From: Tubulanus polymorphus
Lineage: Eukaryota; Animalia; Nemertea
DNA length: 64,000 bases
Reading direction: 5' to 3'
NCBI RefSeq assembly: GCF_964204645.1
Contig: NC_134025.1
Span: forward strand, 10,230,001 to 10,294,000
Shown here: positions 13,504-27,143 of the stretch, one piece after another
Layout of the letters: every line of letters begins with the position of its first letter
How positions within the stretch are numbered: the first letter of the stretch is position 1
Notes under the pieces: generated by a model
Told to the model about the DNA's origin: nothing
What the model saw: the letters and a program-made list of their open reading frames with translations, nothing else
Databases searched by the model: none
Program-made: the position numbers and the translations under genes

Positions 13504-16500
13504 ATGATGGTGGGTGTACAAACTTTTCCTGTTTCTGTCAAAATATTTTTCGATTTTCATCAGTTTCGTGCCTCATAGATTTATACATTCTTTACTGTAG
13601 GACGGAGTAGAAAGCCCAGATCTGATGGCAGATGATCACAATGAAAAGGTAGGCATATGCAAGTTAATAAAACGAAACTTAAAGACTAGAGTGTTCAAAT
13701 CTTGTTCACCAATCCACAGCACAGCCACAAGTCGAGTTGTTTTGCCAGAGAGGACAGAGGTTTGTACTGTGGTCAGGACAGGGTAGGACAAACTTGTTTT
13801 ACTGAGTTAAGGGTCTGATCTGTACGACTGCGATATCTATTCTATTCGGTCTAACTGCAGTTTAGGTCACCTTTCCACTGTGTGGCGCTAGTGTCAGAAT
13901 AGTGTTATGGTTAGGTTAGGACAGGTTAGGTACATAACCAATAGGGACACCTAAACTGCAGTTGCTCCAAGAATAGTGTTATGGTAAGGTAAGGTACATA
14001 ACCATTAGGGACACCTAAACTGCAGTCATACCCTGGCGTAATATCGCATTACATGCTCTAATATTCATTCAATCCGAGTAATATGCCGATTACTATTAGC
14101 CTATCAGTTGAGCATCTAGCTGTTTTCCTATTGTTGGCGAATCCATACTATCGTTAGTATTCCGACTTCATGCCTATCCGTACCCGCCAACATTGAGGCT
14201 AGTTTTACTCCAGTTGGTCATGGAAAGCTTCTTTGATTTTATAGATTTGAATCGAAAAAATGACATGTTTATATCTGTGAATGTGCATGTGCTAGAACGT
14301 TTAAAAGTGACATTTGTTTTTGGCTTAACGTCGCTTGGATCTTGGTTTCCCGGGACTAACCCTATTGGATTATTCATTTAACCTCACGACGGGACGGCCT
14401 TTGAAGTGTTGCCCGCACACTATAAGCAGCCAACAGGACTTGAACCCACTCTTGTCACCCAGCACTGATAGTGGATGCACTGAGCTACTGAGGTCACTGA
14501 CATTTGTGCCAATTCCCTTGTAGCCTATCTGACTTAAACTGATTTCATATTTCGAACTGCAATGATGTAATAATATGCTCTCTTGAAGTCGGTCGAACAA
14601 TCTGCTTTCTCTCCTAGACACGTTCAGAAACAGTGGATCTCACGCAAGATTCATCGTTGATGGTCGACATCTCCGATGCTCTGAGTGAACGTGATAAAGT
14701 GAAATTTACCGTACACACGAAGGTAAGCGAATTCTTCATCCTCGATAGTGTATTGCATTACTATTTCAACACTTGACTAATTAGTACCGTAAGAGATGCT
14801 GGAGATAGTTAGAAAATTTAACGAAATTCCTCCACAGTGTGACAGTGTTGAATAACGGGCATACCACTATAGTGCAGTGTATTGTTAGTTACTTATTAGT
14901 TAGTTAGTTAGTCACTTCGATACAATGCGGTGTACTTGTGTAGTCCATCACCAATTTATATACCGCAGTACAGTGTAGACGCACTGAAAGGGGTAACTTC
15001 TAATTCCAATTACCGATAACCGAGTATTGTACTGATTCATACTGCCCCCAGTTACCTGGTTATTCTTCGCAAGGTATGTTTTCCATGCATGTCTGTCTCT
15101 GAGCCTTTGCTCGGCAGCATCGGAATTCTTCCGGAACCCCACCTCCTTGCCACTTAAAATCACACATTGGAAGAATACTGTTATATGCTTTTTGTGATCG
15201 TTCAAATGTTTTCGAATGTTGTGCACTTGTTTTTAGACGACTTTGGCGAAATTCCGCGAGCCCGATTTCTCGGTGGTGCGCCAACATGAAGAGTTTACGT
15301 GGTTGCATGATCGTTATGAAGAAAACGAAGACTACGCCGGTATCATAGTGAGTTTAATGAAATTTACGCGAACTAACTCGAGACTACTTCACGTTGGACA
15401 ATAACGAGGACAACAATTCAGACTTAATAGATTTATGCTTGAACTTTTTCATAAAACTGGACCCTGGTCCGAGTTCCTCATGTCATTCAGTTAAAGTTGG
15501 CTCTAAAATTGGTGGTTTTCCTCCAATGTTTGAACCCACTAGAGTCAAGTAGAGCCACTGGATCCTGATAATCTAACGTTGATGATTAGAAATTTTTATT
15601 TTCAGTGATTCATTGTTTTTACCTATCTGTGCTAGCTCAATTCACAGCGTAGTTAACGTTATTTCGACATTTCAGATTCCGCCAGCCCCTCCCCGTCCAG
15701 ATTTCGATGCATCTCGGGAGAAGCTACAGAAGTTAGGCGAAGGAGAAGGAACCATGACAAAAGAGGAATTTACAAAGATGAAACAGGAATTAGAGGCGTA
15801 AGTTTGATACGATAATGATATCATTCGTTCTTGAAAATCGGATCCTGGTTTTTCATTTCCATGAATATTTATTTCCTTGAAATCCCAGTGTAAAGGAAAA
15901 TTGCTTACAAGCCCCCTGAATTAACGGTTTACTTAGTACAGTACTGATTTAGGAGTCTAGTGTAATAGGGATATGAAATTAGTGCAAGAGCTTCCTCGAG
16001 ATTTTAAATTACTTGAACTCCTTTGACCTTATATCCAGGAATGATTGATATGTAAGGACCCTGATTTACTTCTGCTTCCTATCGTGAATGTTGTATATTA
16101 AACGTTGATGGTACTTGACGAAGGGTCTTTAAATCTTGGTAGATTATGAGGCCCTGAATATGAATATTAGTGGATATTTAGTTTAAACATTCGCTTCACT
16201 CATTATTGCGCTCTTTCTTTCTACAGTGAATATTTGGCCACTTTCAAGAAGACTGTCGCCATGCATGAAGTTTTCCTACAACGTTTAGCCGCTCATCCAG
16301 TGCTCAGGAATGACATGAATTTCAAAGTATTTTTGGAATACGATCAAGAAGTATGTACTGTTTTCCCTAATGTAGATTAAACAGTAGATATATAGGGTTA
16401 TTGGGGCCAGGGCTAAATACGATGATTTTAGTTTAGGGGGTAACACATTTGTGAAAAATCGTAAATATATGAAATAGTTTTTAATCGCTGATAATCCATA

Positions 16501-19438
16501 TCCATAGTACACCTCGATTATACGTTTGTAGTTGGCTAATAAAGAAGAAAGATGGAATAAATAGAATAGAAAGATTATTGAAGATTACTCTCTTTTATTT
16601 AACGTTTTCTTCTATTTCAGTTGAGCGTCAGAGGAAAGAACAAAAAGGAAAAGCTGACTGGATTTTTCAAAAGCGTCACAAAATCAGCTGATGAGGTGTT
16701 GTTATCATCTCAAAAGGTATCTGTACGTAGTCACCCATGTTGTGCGTAAGTTTGCGTGAAATCCTAGTAGGCTCTGCGTTTTTCTTTATAAGTGTGAATT
16801 ATTCCCATTCAAATGATTGTTTCCATTTTGCCATTTCCCCACCGACACATTCAATGTCCTCAATGTACGGACGGTATGTTGTAGTTTGGAAAGACAGGTC
16901 CTACAATAGACGAGTGTCACCTAAGTTTCATTAAATTCGATTTAAGGGATTAACAATTTTGAATTGTTAGGGATAGCTAGAAGTTTGATTGAAAATGATA
17001 AGAAGAATGCAGGCCTACTTGATATGAACCCGCTTTTCTTGTTTTCCTTTCATGTACCAAAATGTTGAAAAATGAAACTATTCAATATCTGGCTGAAATA
17101 CAATAAATCATTAAATCTGGCTGGGAACCTAGGAAGAAAAATTTAGTAATTTCACTCTCTGGCAAAATAAACCATACAAAATTGTGTAGTATTTATCTTG
17201 AGACCATTAAAGGAAATTTTACTTACCGTATCTTGTAGAAAGTATGAATTCATGTTACTCTACCGTAGGTAGTTGATAAGCCAAGCCTTTCCATTCCTTG
17301 CTGTATTTAATCTTGCATTATTGATAGGTGTTGCCTTTGTTATTTTGATTGAGGCAACAAAAAGGAGGCCCTATTAGGCTAAGATTTATGATAAACATTC
17401 CAGATAATTGAAAATGATCATTCTCTTCGTAGGACGTTGATGAATTCTTCGAACGCGAGAAAGGCTTTTTGATAGAATACTACAATAAAATAAAAGACAG
17501 TACTATGAAATCAGATCGAATGACAAGAGCTCATAAATGTAAGTACTGGCTAAAGTGGTTGTTTTATTTTCTTAAATTCATGAAAATGAAAATATTGTAA
17601 TATTGTTGCTCTTCTCGTTTCAAGGTGTTGCTGACACATACATAAAAATATCGTCAGGTTTCGTGCAGTTAGCTACATTAGAAAATACCGAATTAGATAA
17701 GTGAGTGGTTTTGCTGATCCTTAAGCCGTCCTTGAAAACATTTTGAAGGTTTTTGACACAAATTCACTAGTACGAAAGGGATCGCACGGAGATCAATATC
17801 CACTTTCTAAGTGTAGCAAATATTTTTCACCATGTATTTTTAAATTACATGTATACATTTTGACGTTTACATTTTATTTTGATAATCCTATACTCACCAT
17901 AATTTACACGTATTTCTTCCTACAGATTGTTTAGTAAACTTGCAGAATGCTTCGAAAAAGCTCGTGTAAGTATGAAAACTAAATGAAGTTACCAATTTTA
18001 ACAATAATGATAAGACTGGCTGAGCTGTTTTGAAATAGAGAAAGATATTTGATTAAATTGTTGTTTTGTAGAAATTAGAGGGCAGAGTCGCATCTGACGA
18101 AGACTTGAAATTGTCGGATACATTACGATATTACATGCGAGATTCTGCTGCCGCCAAAGATTTACTGTATCGCCGTACTAGATCGTTGGCCGATTACGAA
18201 AACGCTAACAAGGCCTTGGACAAGGCTAGAACTAAGAACAAAGATGTACAAGCGGTATGTCACGCTGATTTAGCGTAAATGGCTTGCAGACCTCACTACT
18301 GTATTTGTTCTCTTCTATTTGAAGAGCTCAATTCGTCGGAAATACTCAAAATCTTAATTATTTCAATAGAAATTAAGAGTTTGTTGTATCAAAAAATTAT
18401 TCCTATTTGTGGTGATATCAACCCCAAAATGAAATATCAGGGAATTCAGGTCTGAATTCTGAGTATTACTGGCAATTAATGATACTCACTTTTGAGCATC
18501 AATTACATTTGTTCATTGTTGTTTAATTTTGCGTATTTATTTTTCTTGAATAGGCTGAGAATGCTCAACAAATTAGTTGTGAAAAATTCGAGCATATATC
18601 TGAGACTGCACGTCAAGGTGAGGCCTAGTTTCTTAACACCTATATCGCGGGTGATCTCTTGTTGCACTTTTGTTGCCATTATTTAGCATGTATTTAAGCT
18701 GTGAGTAGACATAAAAGTACATGTATACCATTCAGTCAAAATTGTGATTTTCACTCAACATATGCCAGGGTCCCTTGATTCCTTACAACCTCCTTAACAG
18801 AAAATGCTTTTAACGGTGCTTGAAACTCCTTTAATTTGAACAAAATCCCCAAAGCTCCTTTAAAAACTCAGGCAATTAGAAATTTTTGTCTAGTTTGTAG
18901 TAGAAGAATATGCCTAAATTTACTGCATAAGGAGGGTTTTTGATTTTTACCCAGTAATAAGACAATGACCATTATTGAATTACCATTCTCTTTGATCTTT
19001 TAGAATTACAAGATTTCAAAGCCAGACGAATCCAACACTTCAAGAAGAATATGGCTGATCTAGTAGAATTAGAACTTAGACATGCCAAGGTAAAGAATCT
19101 TGCTTATTTTGCGTAACAGGAAACATATCATGAAATGAGATTTTCAGTATTTTACTTCAGCAGACATGGGAAATGAAAATTCCTAACTGCTTTTGGTCTG
19201 AAAAATAATAATTTGATTTTTTTTGATATGTAAGGAAGTTGCTACTGAAAAGGTGTGACCATTCGTTGCTGATTAATTTTAACATGTTCAATGAGATATT
19301 CCTGAAATCATTAAAACTAGTCTCTGATAGCGCTTTGAAGAAGATGGAAGCCCTGAATTAAATTCATGTCTGTACTTTTTCTAGGCTCAAGTACAACTGC
19401 TTCGCAATTGCATTGCTTCCATAAAAGAGGATTTATGA
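13504..19438 (+). CDS. SNX6: Sorting nexin 5/6/32 family (PX-BAR), SNX6-like
   Basis: Exons ~13504-13509 (MM), 13601-13648, 14618-14722, 15237-15347, 15676-15797, 16227-16350, 16621-16716, 17433-17538, 17625-17700, 17926-17965, 18072-18254, 18554-18617, 19003-19089, 19385-19438. Motifs [74 protein letters not shown]. Confidence 0.96.
13852..14027. repeat. Helentron/HINE-like fragment with ~60-bp tandem duplication
   Basis: Inverted pair actgcagtttagg / cctaaactgcagt and ggttaggttagg microrepeats. The unit agaatagtgttatggt..cctaaactgcagt occurs twice (13897 and 13970). Confidence 0.6.
14313..14495 (-). mobile_element. tRNA-derived SINE remnant
   Basis: Minus strand has an A-box-like tagctcagtg, a B-box ggttcaagtcc and a 3' tail gacgttaagccaaaaacaaa. 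Confidence 0.55.
14765..14997 (+). mobile_element. Family B copy with internal deletion (SNX intron)
   Basis: tgctggagatagtt..gtgttgaataacggg..tacagtgtagacgcactgaaaggggtaa. Confidence 0.7.
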
Positions 19439-20773
19439 ATGAACCAACCGCGGCGATGAAAATAATTCGTGGACTGGAATTTGTGATCACTTTGAGACGA
19501 CTGGGAAAAAATCGCAGCGTGGATGAACTGTTGTATACGAGCAGAGTTTCGACTAACAGAAATTCCATGGTCGACTTTGTTGTTAAACTTAGGCGCTTGC
19601 TTCTATTTTTGTTATCATTATTGAAAAAAAATGGATGAATTATCGAAGTATTAATCATGTTTTACTAGATAATCCAAATATTTAGATAATTTCTATTTCA
19701 CATATATTTCAGTTAAGTCTTTCAAATATCATGAATGGATTGGACATCACCTCTAACTCAGTTGACCATTGATTTTAACTGATAATTTAAACATAATCTG
19801 AATATTATTTTTTTTTCAATCTAAAAAGTGGAACAACATTACTACAAACTTTGTAGAACCTGAAACTGATATTAATAATCTAAGTAGGCCTATCATTGAT
19901 TGTTAAAGCACTTTTGTCATTGCGTTGCAGTCAAAATGTGTCTGCTACCAACGCTACAACACAAAAATGGCAATACTAATACTGATGGAATCAATTTATT
20001 TTTTCCCCTTCAAATCTCAAGAAGCTCTGGCGCAGTAAGGTTACATTTTACAGTTTTATCCAATCATTGAGTATCAGTTTGGTAAACCCTACCTGAGTTA
20101 AAATCAGATCTATTTTGCGATATTTGATAGATAAGTTCTGGCATGATACTCGAGTTGAGTTTGTTGTAATGAGGTTCCACTGTGCGTTACATCTTAGCCA
20201 TTATTCGAATTTTGCTGACGACGCTCCACCTGTATCTTTTATATTGGAAAAAAAATCTAATAACGCATTGTAATTATTACGTATAGACTGTCCTGGTGAA
20301 GTACTACTTTGTAAATAATGTATATTCGATTGAGAATTTAATGGGGGAAAATTCTATAAAAATGAAAATCTGTAAATGGAACGAATGAAATGAAATATTG
20401 TTTTGTATATTTTACTTATTTGAAATATAATTATAATTATTATTATTATTATAAATATACTTGTCTGTTATAGAATCCTATGTGAATAAGACGTTTATAT
20501 TAGACCGATATGCGACTGCATAGGCTGTGGTTAGGTTCAATCTGTTTTATTTTTGTATACTGCTTGCAATGGACACAAATTATCGTTATCCAAGATATCG
20601 TTATTCCGAAATTGATAGTTAAGTACATGTACTTGAGCATCTCTAGTTCGGAATCATACATGACATCATGATGAATAGCTAATGTTACAAACACTCTCCT
20701 AACTTGTAGTATTATGGAGCTACTTGTGCACCAGAATATAGTAATCATTGGTGAGAAAGTCAAGTAGAGCAAA

Positions 20774-20977
20774 GGCTTAAACAGATCGTACCTTGTTTCT
20801 CATTTCTGCTGAGCTTTAAAGTTGACTGTGTACATTACTTTTTAAAAAAATCATGGTCAAGCTAAAAGATAACAGACCCGGCAGCTATAATAGAAATGAA
20901 CTGATTACAAATTTTATTACAGTTTATATAAGTGGCCCGGCCGATATGGAGAAACGAGGTATCATTTTATTTTAGCC
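20774..20977 (-). mobile_element. MITE family A copy 3
   Basis: Reverse-orientation match: taccttgtttctcatttctgctgagc...gagaaacgaggtatcattttatttagcc. Confidence 0.85.
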
Positions 20978-23289
20978 AAGTCTGGGTCCTCATATTATTC
21001 TGTGCTTTGTGAATAGCTGCACTCCTTAAAGAGAAGGGTTTAAAAAACATTGGAAATGAATTAGTTTTAACTATACAGTCAAAAATCTATCTCGAAACTG
21101 TGGAACTGGTGGATAAATGTGCAGTTTTAGCGTAACTACAGCCTAGGTTGTCATGTTTAACTAATTGATATACATGTATTGTTATATTGTGAACGTATAA
21201 TGAGGGTCAGTTCTAAACAACAAAGTTTTAAAACTAGAAATTTGTTGTTAGAATTCAGACATATGAATGGGTTTTCTTTGTGCCTAGTCTCTTAGGGTGT
21301 GCGGTGTCATTTCTTGTCTAGGTATCAGACAGTTTCATCATTAAATTTAGCTTAGGGATGTTTAATTTTCTGTATGCCAATTACAGTTGCTATTACAGTG
21401 TAGATCTGTGCCCAGAACTTAAAAACCATTCGACAGTTTTCAATCGATCCACAAGAGACCGTTATTTCTATAGATAGATGAATATTTAGAAAAATTATTG
21501 GAATGAGCCCAGAGGCGGATATAGGTAGATTGGAAGGCCGGGGTCCAGAGAAGGCATTTTGTTAAAGCAGGTTAATGCAGCTATGTCAAGGGCCACTAGC
21601 GGGGTACCTTCATCGAGGGTTAGATATTTTTGAAGAAATCCATTCTAAAAGATGCAATTTTCGAGAGGATGAAAGTCAGATATGTAAGTTTATACAATAA
21701 CTGTCTTGGCAAAAAGGGCGACCTCGATGCAAAGCCACCACCTAGACCACCCCCTAAATCTGCCCCTGGAGCTATGTTCAGTTGAAAAGATAGCACGAAA
21801 ACTTTCATCGTAATGAATGATGCTTCAACGCAGAAATCACAAGCGGAAAACAATCAGTAGAATTTACGTGCTAGTGTCTATATGAACACTTAAAACCTTA
21901 TTCTTTTAGACGCACTGGGTACAGTTTTCTAATATGCTTGTACACTTTCTCGTTACTTAGTACCGGTAACTCATGATTCTGCCTGTATATAATAACTTTT
22001 AAATCGTAGCTTTATACAAAATTGAATGATATTGCAGTAAAACATTCGAATCATTCCTATCTTCTTTTTTTTGCGCAATATATTATGGTGCTAAATGTTT
22101 GTGGTTATGTGATATCTTGTATACGTACTGCCATTTCACGTCACCACGCAACAATGTAAGATTTCTTCTTTTCGCAAAAAAAAAACATCTACAAATCTTC
22201 ACTTCGAATAGGTAGTAGGCCTAACGATTAGAATACATGTTCTGTATGTACTTTCTTTGCTTGGATTATAAATGTTAGGCCCATGAAAAAGGTTTAGTTT
22301 GGATTTTTGCTAATTACTTGAAAACATAAGGTATCTAAAACCTAAATTGATATTTTGAGTAAACTTTTTGGGGTTAAAGTTTTTTTTTCTGGCACTGAGG
22401 TGACCGTATTGAATTTGAATGATTGTTTCAGACATTCAGGTTATTTTTCTGTTTTTTCATCATGATTAATGATAAACATTATGAAATGTGCTAGAACTGA
22501 AAATGGAACAAGTAGGCCTACCAGTACACCAAAAAATAGATATCTGAAATTTCAACACAAGAATGACTGTTCAACAATTTTAGTTTTCCACAGTTGCGCA
22601 ATATTTTTTGACATGTAGGCCTACCTATTTTTGTAGCTTATCGCAGTGATGTAATTTTTGGATACTTTTGATGAATCCAAGAGGCTCTACGGTGAATATT
22701 TTATCTATATAGAGTTTTTTTTCACTTTGTTCTGTAGTTTGGGAGTATTTGAAAATTAGCCATCCATGTTTATGTAAAACTATTGGTATCACTTGTGTCC
22801 AGGCTCTTAAAAATTCATGAAATATAATTGATAAATGATATTATTGTAAATTTTCACTTGTGTTATTTTCTTTTTTCAAACCTATATTTGATTTTGTTTT
22901 TACTGGATGGGGATACTGCTCTGGAAACTGTGCATGAAATCTTTTAAGGTCCATAAAGCAGCAGGGCGAGGTTAATACTAGAAATAGAACGTACAATGTT
23001 TTAATCATTTTTACAGTGAGTACATTGTAGCATCTTAAGACAACACAATATTGGTACACAATTTAAACCCAATATTAAATTTGGTGGGATATTATACGAA
23101 TTAGATCGTATTTCTAGAAATGAGAAAAAAATAAATTAGCATTCGAACCCAAAGATATGCAAATATTCAATTCAAAATAACTTTATTACACCTCACATGA
23201 TTGTCACATGATCAATCATACGATACAAAGTGCCATTCTCATTCATATATTTCGTGAACCTGTCGGTCCGCCTGCAGCAGTCCGATACA

Positions 23290-26049
23290 ATGATGAATTC
23301 GGCAATTTTCTTTTTGTTATCGTTATTATCTATAACATCGACAGTTAGTGCTGTATACAAAGACTGTGGTAAGTATTTTTATATGCGATTTTAGTCACGG
23401 GCACGGCACAGAAGAGGGAATTAAATAAATTCGTAATAATAAGATCAATCATCACGTCGACGACACATCAATCAATGACATGATATTCTAACTTGTTTTT
23501 AAGTGTGCTGGGTGACGTAGTTGTCAAGTCAGTATTTAAAAAAGAGAACTCATCTGTCTGTGGTCTCTCTAAAAAATCAGTAGAGTAGGCCTAGTTCAGC
23601 TTTAGGAATGTGTCTAATCAAAGGGTGGTTACTGTCTGTCACACCTACTCTCCGTGCGACGTTTTGGTCCGTTATTTCGTTAATAATCGGTTTATCTACC
23701 TTTATTACGCATCAATTTGTTCAGTGAGGAATTTGCATTCAGAAATAAACAACAATTTTCACTTAAGTTGTTTTTGTTTTCATTTATGAGCGATAGTTTA
23801 CTCAGCATACGCTCGCGTAATGCTGAAAAATCCGCTCCGCGGACGCTCGGAAACGTTACAGTGACGTCATCACCTGCTCATTAGCATATCAAAATACAGT
23901 AGGTGACGCCACGTGACGGGCCATAAAAGCCGTTTTTCGGCATTACGCGAGCGTATGCTAGGTAAACTATCGCTGATAGAAGAAAACACAAACAAATTTC
24001 TGCCAGTTCATGATTTATTTCTGAATGCAAATTCCTTAATGAACAAATTGATGCATAATATTTACAGATCAACCGATTATTAACGAAATTACGGACCAAA
24101 ACGTCGCACGAAGAGCATGTGTGACAGACAGGTTAGAAAGGGAAATTAGACAAGCCTTTTCTAATTGACACAATTATTGAAATTTTGAGATGCTCCGAGC
24201 CCTTTCAATTATAAAAGCTGTTTATTTTTTCCATGGACCATACTGTGAGACATAAAAATGCATTACCCCGGTAGACAAGTGATAATGATAACCTACTTGC
24301 CCTAATGTGAATATATTTGTCCCGGGCAATTGCCGAATTGGACATGTGCTTAGATCGAGCCCTGCATGCTCAAGTTTCCAACTCGTCTCGTTAGGTTAGA
24401 AGGCTCAAGCCCTTTGGTTACAGGTAATAACTGTTTATGTTCTACGATATAACAGGTTCTAAAATCGGAGCTGTGAAGGATGTAATTATCAGTGGCTGCA
24501 AACCGACTGACAACCCATGCATACTCAAAAAAGGAACGAATGAAAGTATCACCATCGATTTTATGGTTAAAAGTAAGTACGGGATGAATTATCTTTCGTG
24601 GTGGAAATCAATCTTAGTTTCACGATGAGCATACAGTCAACCTCGCTTTTAATTCATCATCGGTTAATTCGAATAACTACCTAATGAAAGGTCCAGATTT
24701 TTGGTTTACCTTCGTAATTCCCTTTAACTTGCTTCGGATAATTCGTATATCGTAGCCGTATCCACGGTCCCTTTTCTTAGAAACGATTGGAAACGTGACT
24801 GGCCCGTAATTCGTAATCCCATTGTTCCGCCTGCTGGCAGGGATTGGCAAGCTTATCAATTACTCGTCAGTCATATTGCCACTGAGCTTGCCGCGGCCGC
24901 GCGATTTATTTTCCCGCCAGTCTAAACAATTAATGGCCGTGACGCGCGGCGTTTGTTCCGATGTCAGAGGACCATGAAGTTCATTAACTAGATAAACCTT
25001 AGTTTATTCGTCAGGGCCGGGTGTAAGGGGGTATCGCGATCCGAGCCCTGCCTTCTCGTTGAAATTGTCCTTTTCGTCATGACAGAGTTCGTTTAAATCT
25101 GCAAATTTGATACTCATCGCACTGAAATTGTGTCTTTTTAGGTGTATTCAAAATAAGCTTACATCGAGGGTGGGACCCGCTTGTGGCCTTTAGACGTGGC
25201 CCCTATTTTACGATTCATTACTGATATGGCGTAAAGATACCCTGAATTATTGTATCCACTTGACCAGTATAATTGTAAAACTTTTTTTTTTTGCTAGATG
25301 CTTCTCCCATAAGTGGTGTTACTGTTGTCGTTCATGGTCTTATCGGTGGTATACCGATTCCGTGGCCTGGTGTACACACTGATGGATGCACCCAGTCAGG
25401 ATTAGTGTGCCCGTTAAAACCGTCGGCTTCATATTCTTATACGACGGGTATTCTCGTCTCGTCTAAATATCCTTCGGTAAGTATTACATGTTCTAAGTAC
25501 ATTTGGCCAGTGAAGATTACGTGCGGACCTGAATTATAGGACTATACTATTTGAGAATAGCAAACTCTTTAAAGAGTTCAACTACTCCCGAAAATATCAA
25601 ACTACTCTCTCAAAATCAGAATAATGTCTAGTTCATCTTTGATTATTTTTGATATCACATTTTTGATGAAAACTACTTCAATTAGAGATATCAGTATCAG
25701 GTAGTCTAGGCGGTGAAGTACATGTGATTGATGAAATCATTCACTAGAAATCGAGATTAACCGTCATATTTTACATACCGGGCATACTGGTATCTATTTA
25801 TATAGATTGATCGTCGCGGAATAATGTCCGTATAAGATCAGAATCTGGATTAAACTGCAGTAGACTGACCTTACTGCCAAATCAGTAGACTGACTTATTT
25901 AGCAGGTTATAGATATTATGTGTACTGTTATTCTAATTAATACTTGTTCAATTTTTCTGCAGGTGAAAGCTGTTGTGAAATGGGAATTAGAGCAAGCCAG
26001 TGACAACGAAGAAATTGTTTGTATTGAGTTCCCGGTAGAACTTCAATAA
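23290..26049 (+). CDS. NPC2: NPC intracellular cholesterol transporter 2 (ML domain, signal peptide)
   Basis: Exons 23290-23368, 24456-24572, 25298-25476, 25963-26049. Signal peptide then YKDCGS, PCILKKG, VHGLIGGIPIPWP, GCTQSGLVCPL, YPSVKAVVKWEL, IVCIEFPVELQ*. Confidence 0.93.
23632..24131. mobile_element. 500-bp foldback element with ~200-bp inverted arms and GTTA duplication (NPC2 intron 1)
   Basis: ctgtctgtcaca..cgtgcgacgttttggtccgt..cagcatacgctcgcgtaatgc is mirrored by gcattacgcgagcgtatgct..acggaccaaaacgtcgcacg..tgtgacagacag. gtta lies on both sides. Confidence 0.88.
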
Positions 26050-26714
26050 GTTTATACGGACCAAAATGTCTGTGATAACATGTACATCATCGGAATAATT
26101 GTTTTTAATACACACTGTACAGAAGAAATATGACTTATACCTAATCGAGAACATTAACAGGAATACCGTTATCAGTACTTGCATGAACTTTAGAGACATC
26201 ATGTGTCTTATCCTCTTGCTGACTAACAAGATAAGATATATTATTATTGACTTGCCCAATTGGAATTTAGTAAGAGAACTTTGAATGTTGAAAGCCCACC
26301 AATGTCAATTCAGTCATTGGGGCCATGCGTAAAGTTCATAAATCAGAGTTCGTCATTGTCTGTCCATGCACATATAATGCATAAAATGGAGGTTCAAATG
26401 GGTTATATTTTGTATGTACTTTACGAATGGTCAACTGTGGAGTAACCCGATTAGATTTTCTTCTGCTCTATTTCTTATTAGATGTTCGACTTTGTATATG
26501 ATGCTACAATTATTTATCATATACAAATTTTGTACCACGATTTATAGAAATAAAATCTACTTGGGTTTCATAGATTGGTAGTTGTCCTCATTTTACTGGC
26601 TATATGGGACTATTCTGTTACACGGATAACGATGGCGACAGGGTTTAGGATGCCTCCAGTCATACATTGAAACAACAGTCTTCTTAGATGAGTGGTGATG
26701 GTCTCACATGGTTA

Positions 26715-26910
26715 TCCTCATTGTGTCTCCACCCAGGAGTAAATGGGTACCTGGTTTGATGGTAACTCCAGTGCCTAGTAGTTGCTTGGTCCTCACTGCG
26801 AGGGATGACTGGTTAGTGCTAGAGTTACAACAGGCTAGGGGTAATAATACCAATAGAAAAATGTGTCAAACTCTTAAGTGGCAAGGGCGCCATAGACATT
26901 AAATTACTAA
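26715..26910 (+). mobile_element. SINE 3' fragment
   Basis: ctccacccaggagtaaatgggtacc core typical of invertebrate SINE central domains, and an L2-like tail ggcgccatagacattaaatta. Confidence 0.5.
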
Positions 26911-26920
26911 AACTTATTAT

Positions 26921-27143
26921 CAGAGCTGCTGACTGCTCCTGATTTTCAGTATTTGTAACTATTTTGTAAGGAGAAATACCCATTTGATTGTTTGATTCGA
27001 ACAGAAATATGGAAGATGTTACAGAGGGTCTTACTGTTGATTACTGATTAATTTGAACATTTTCTACACATGTACCATATTTCTATGAAATGTTACTGAA
27101 TTCAATTTGTTGCTGATAGCACTTTTCAGAGGTTCTGCAGCCC
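26921..27143 (+). mobile_element. CAGAGCTGC-ended MITE; shorter copy at ~47780-47880
   Basis: Shared cagagctgc..cctgattttcagtatttg and caatttgtt.ctgatagcacttttcagaggtt. Confidence 0.6.

Noticed and set aside
13649-15675. A SNORD17-like C/D snoRNA in early SNX introns (human SNX5 hosts SNORD17)
   Set aside because: I found no convincing C box/D box pair with an rRNA-antisense element by eye. An Infernal/Rfam search would be needed to exclude it.
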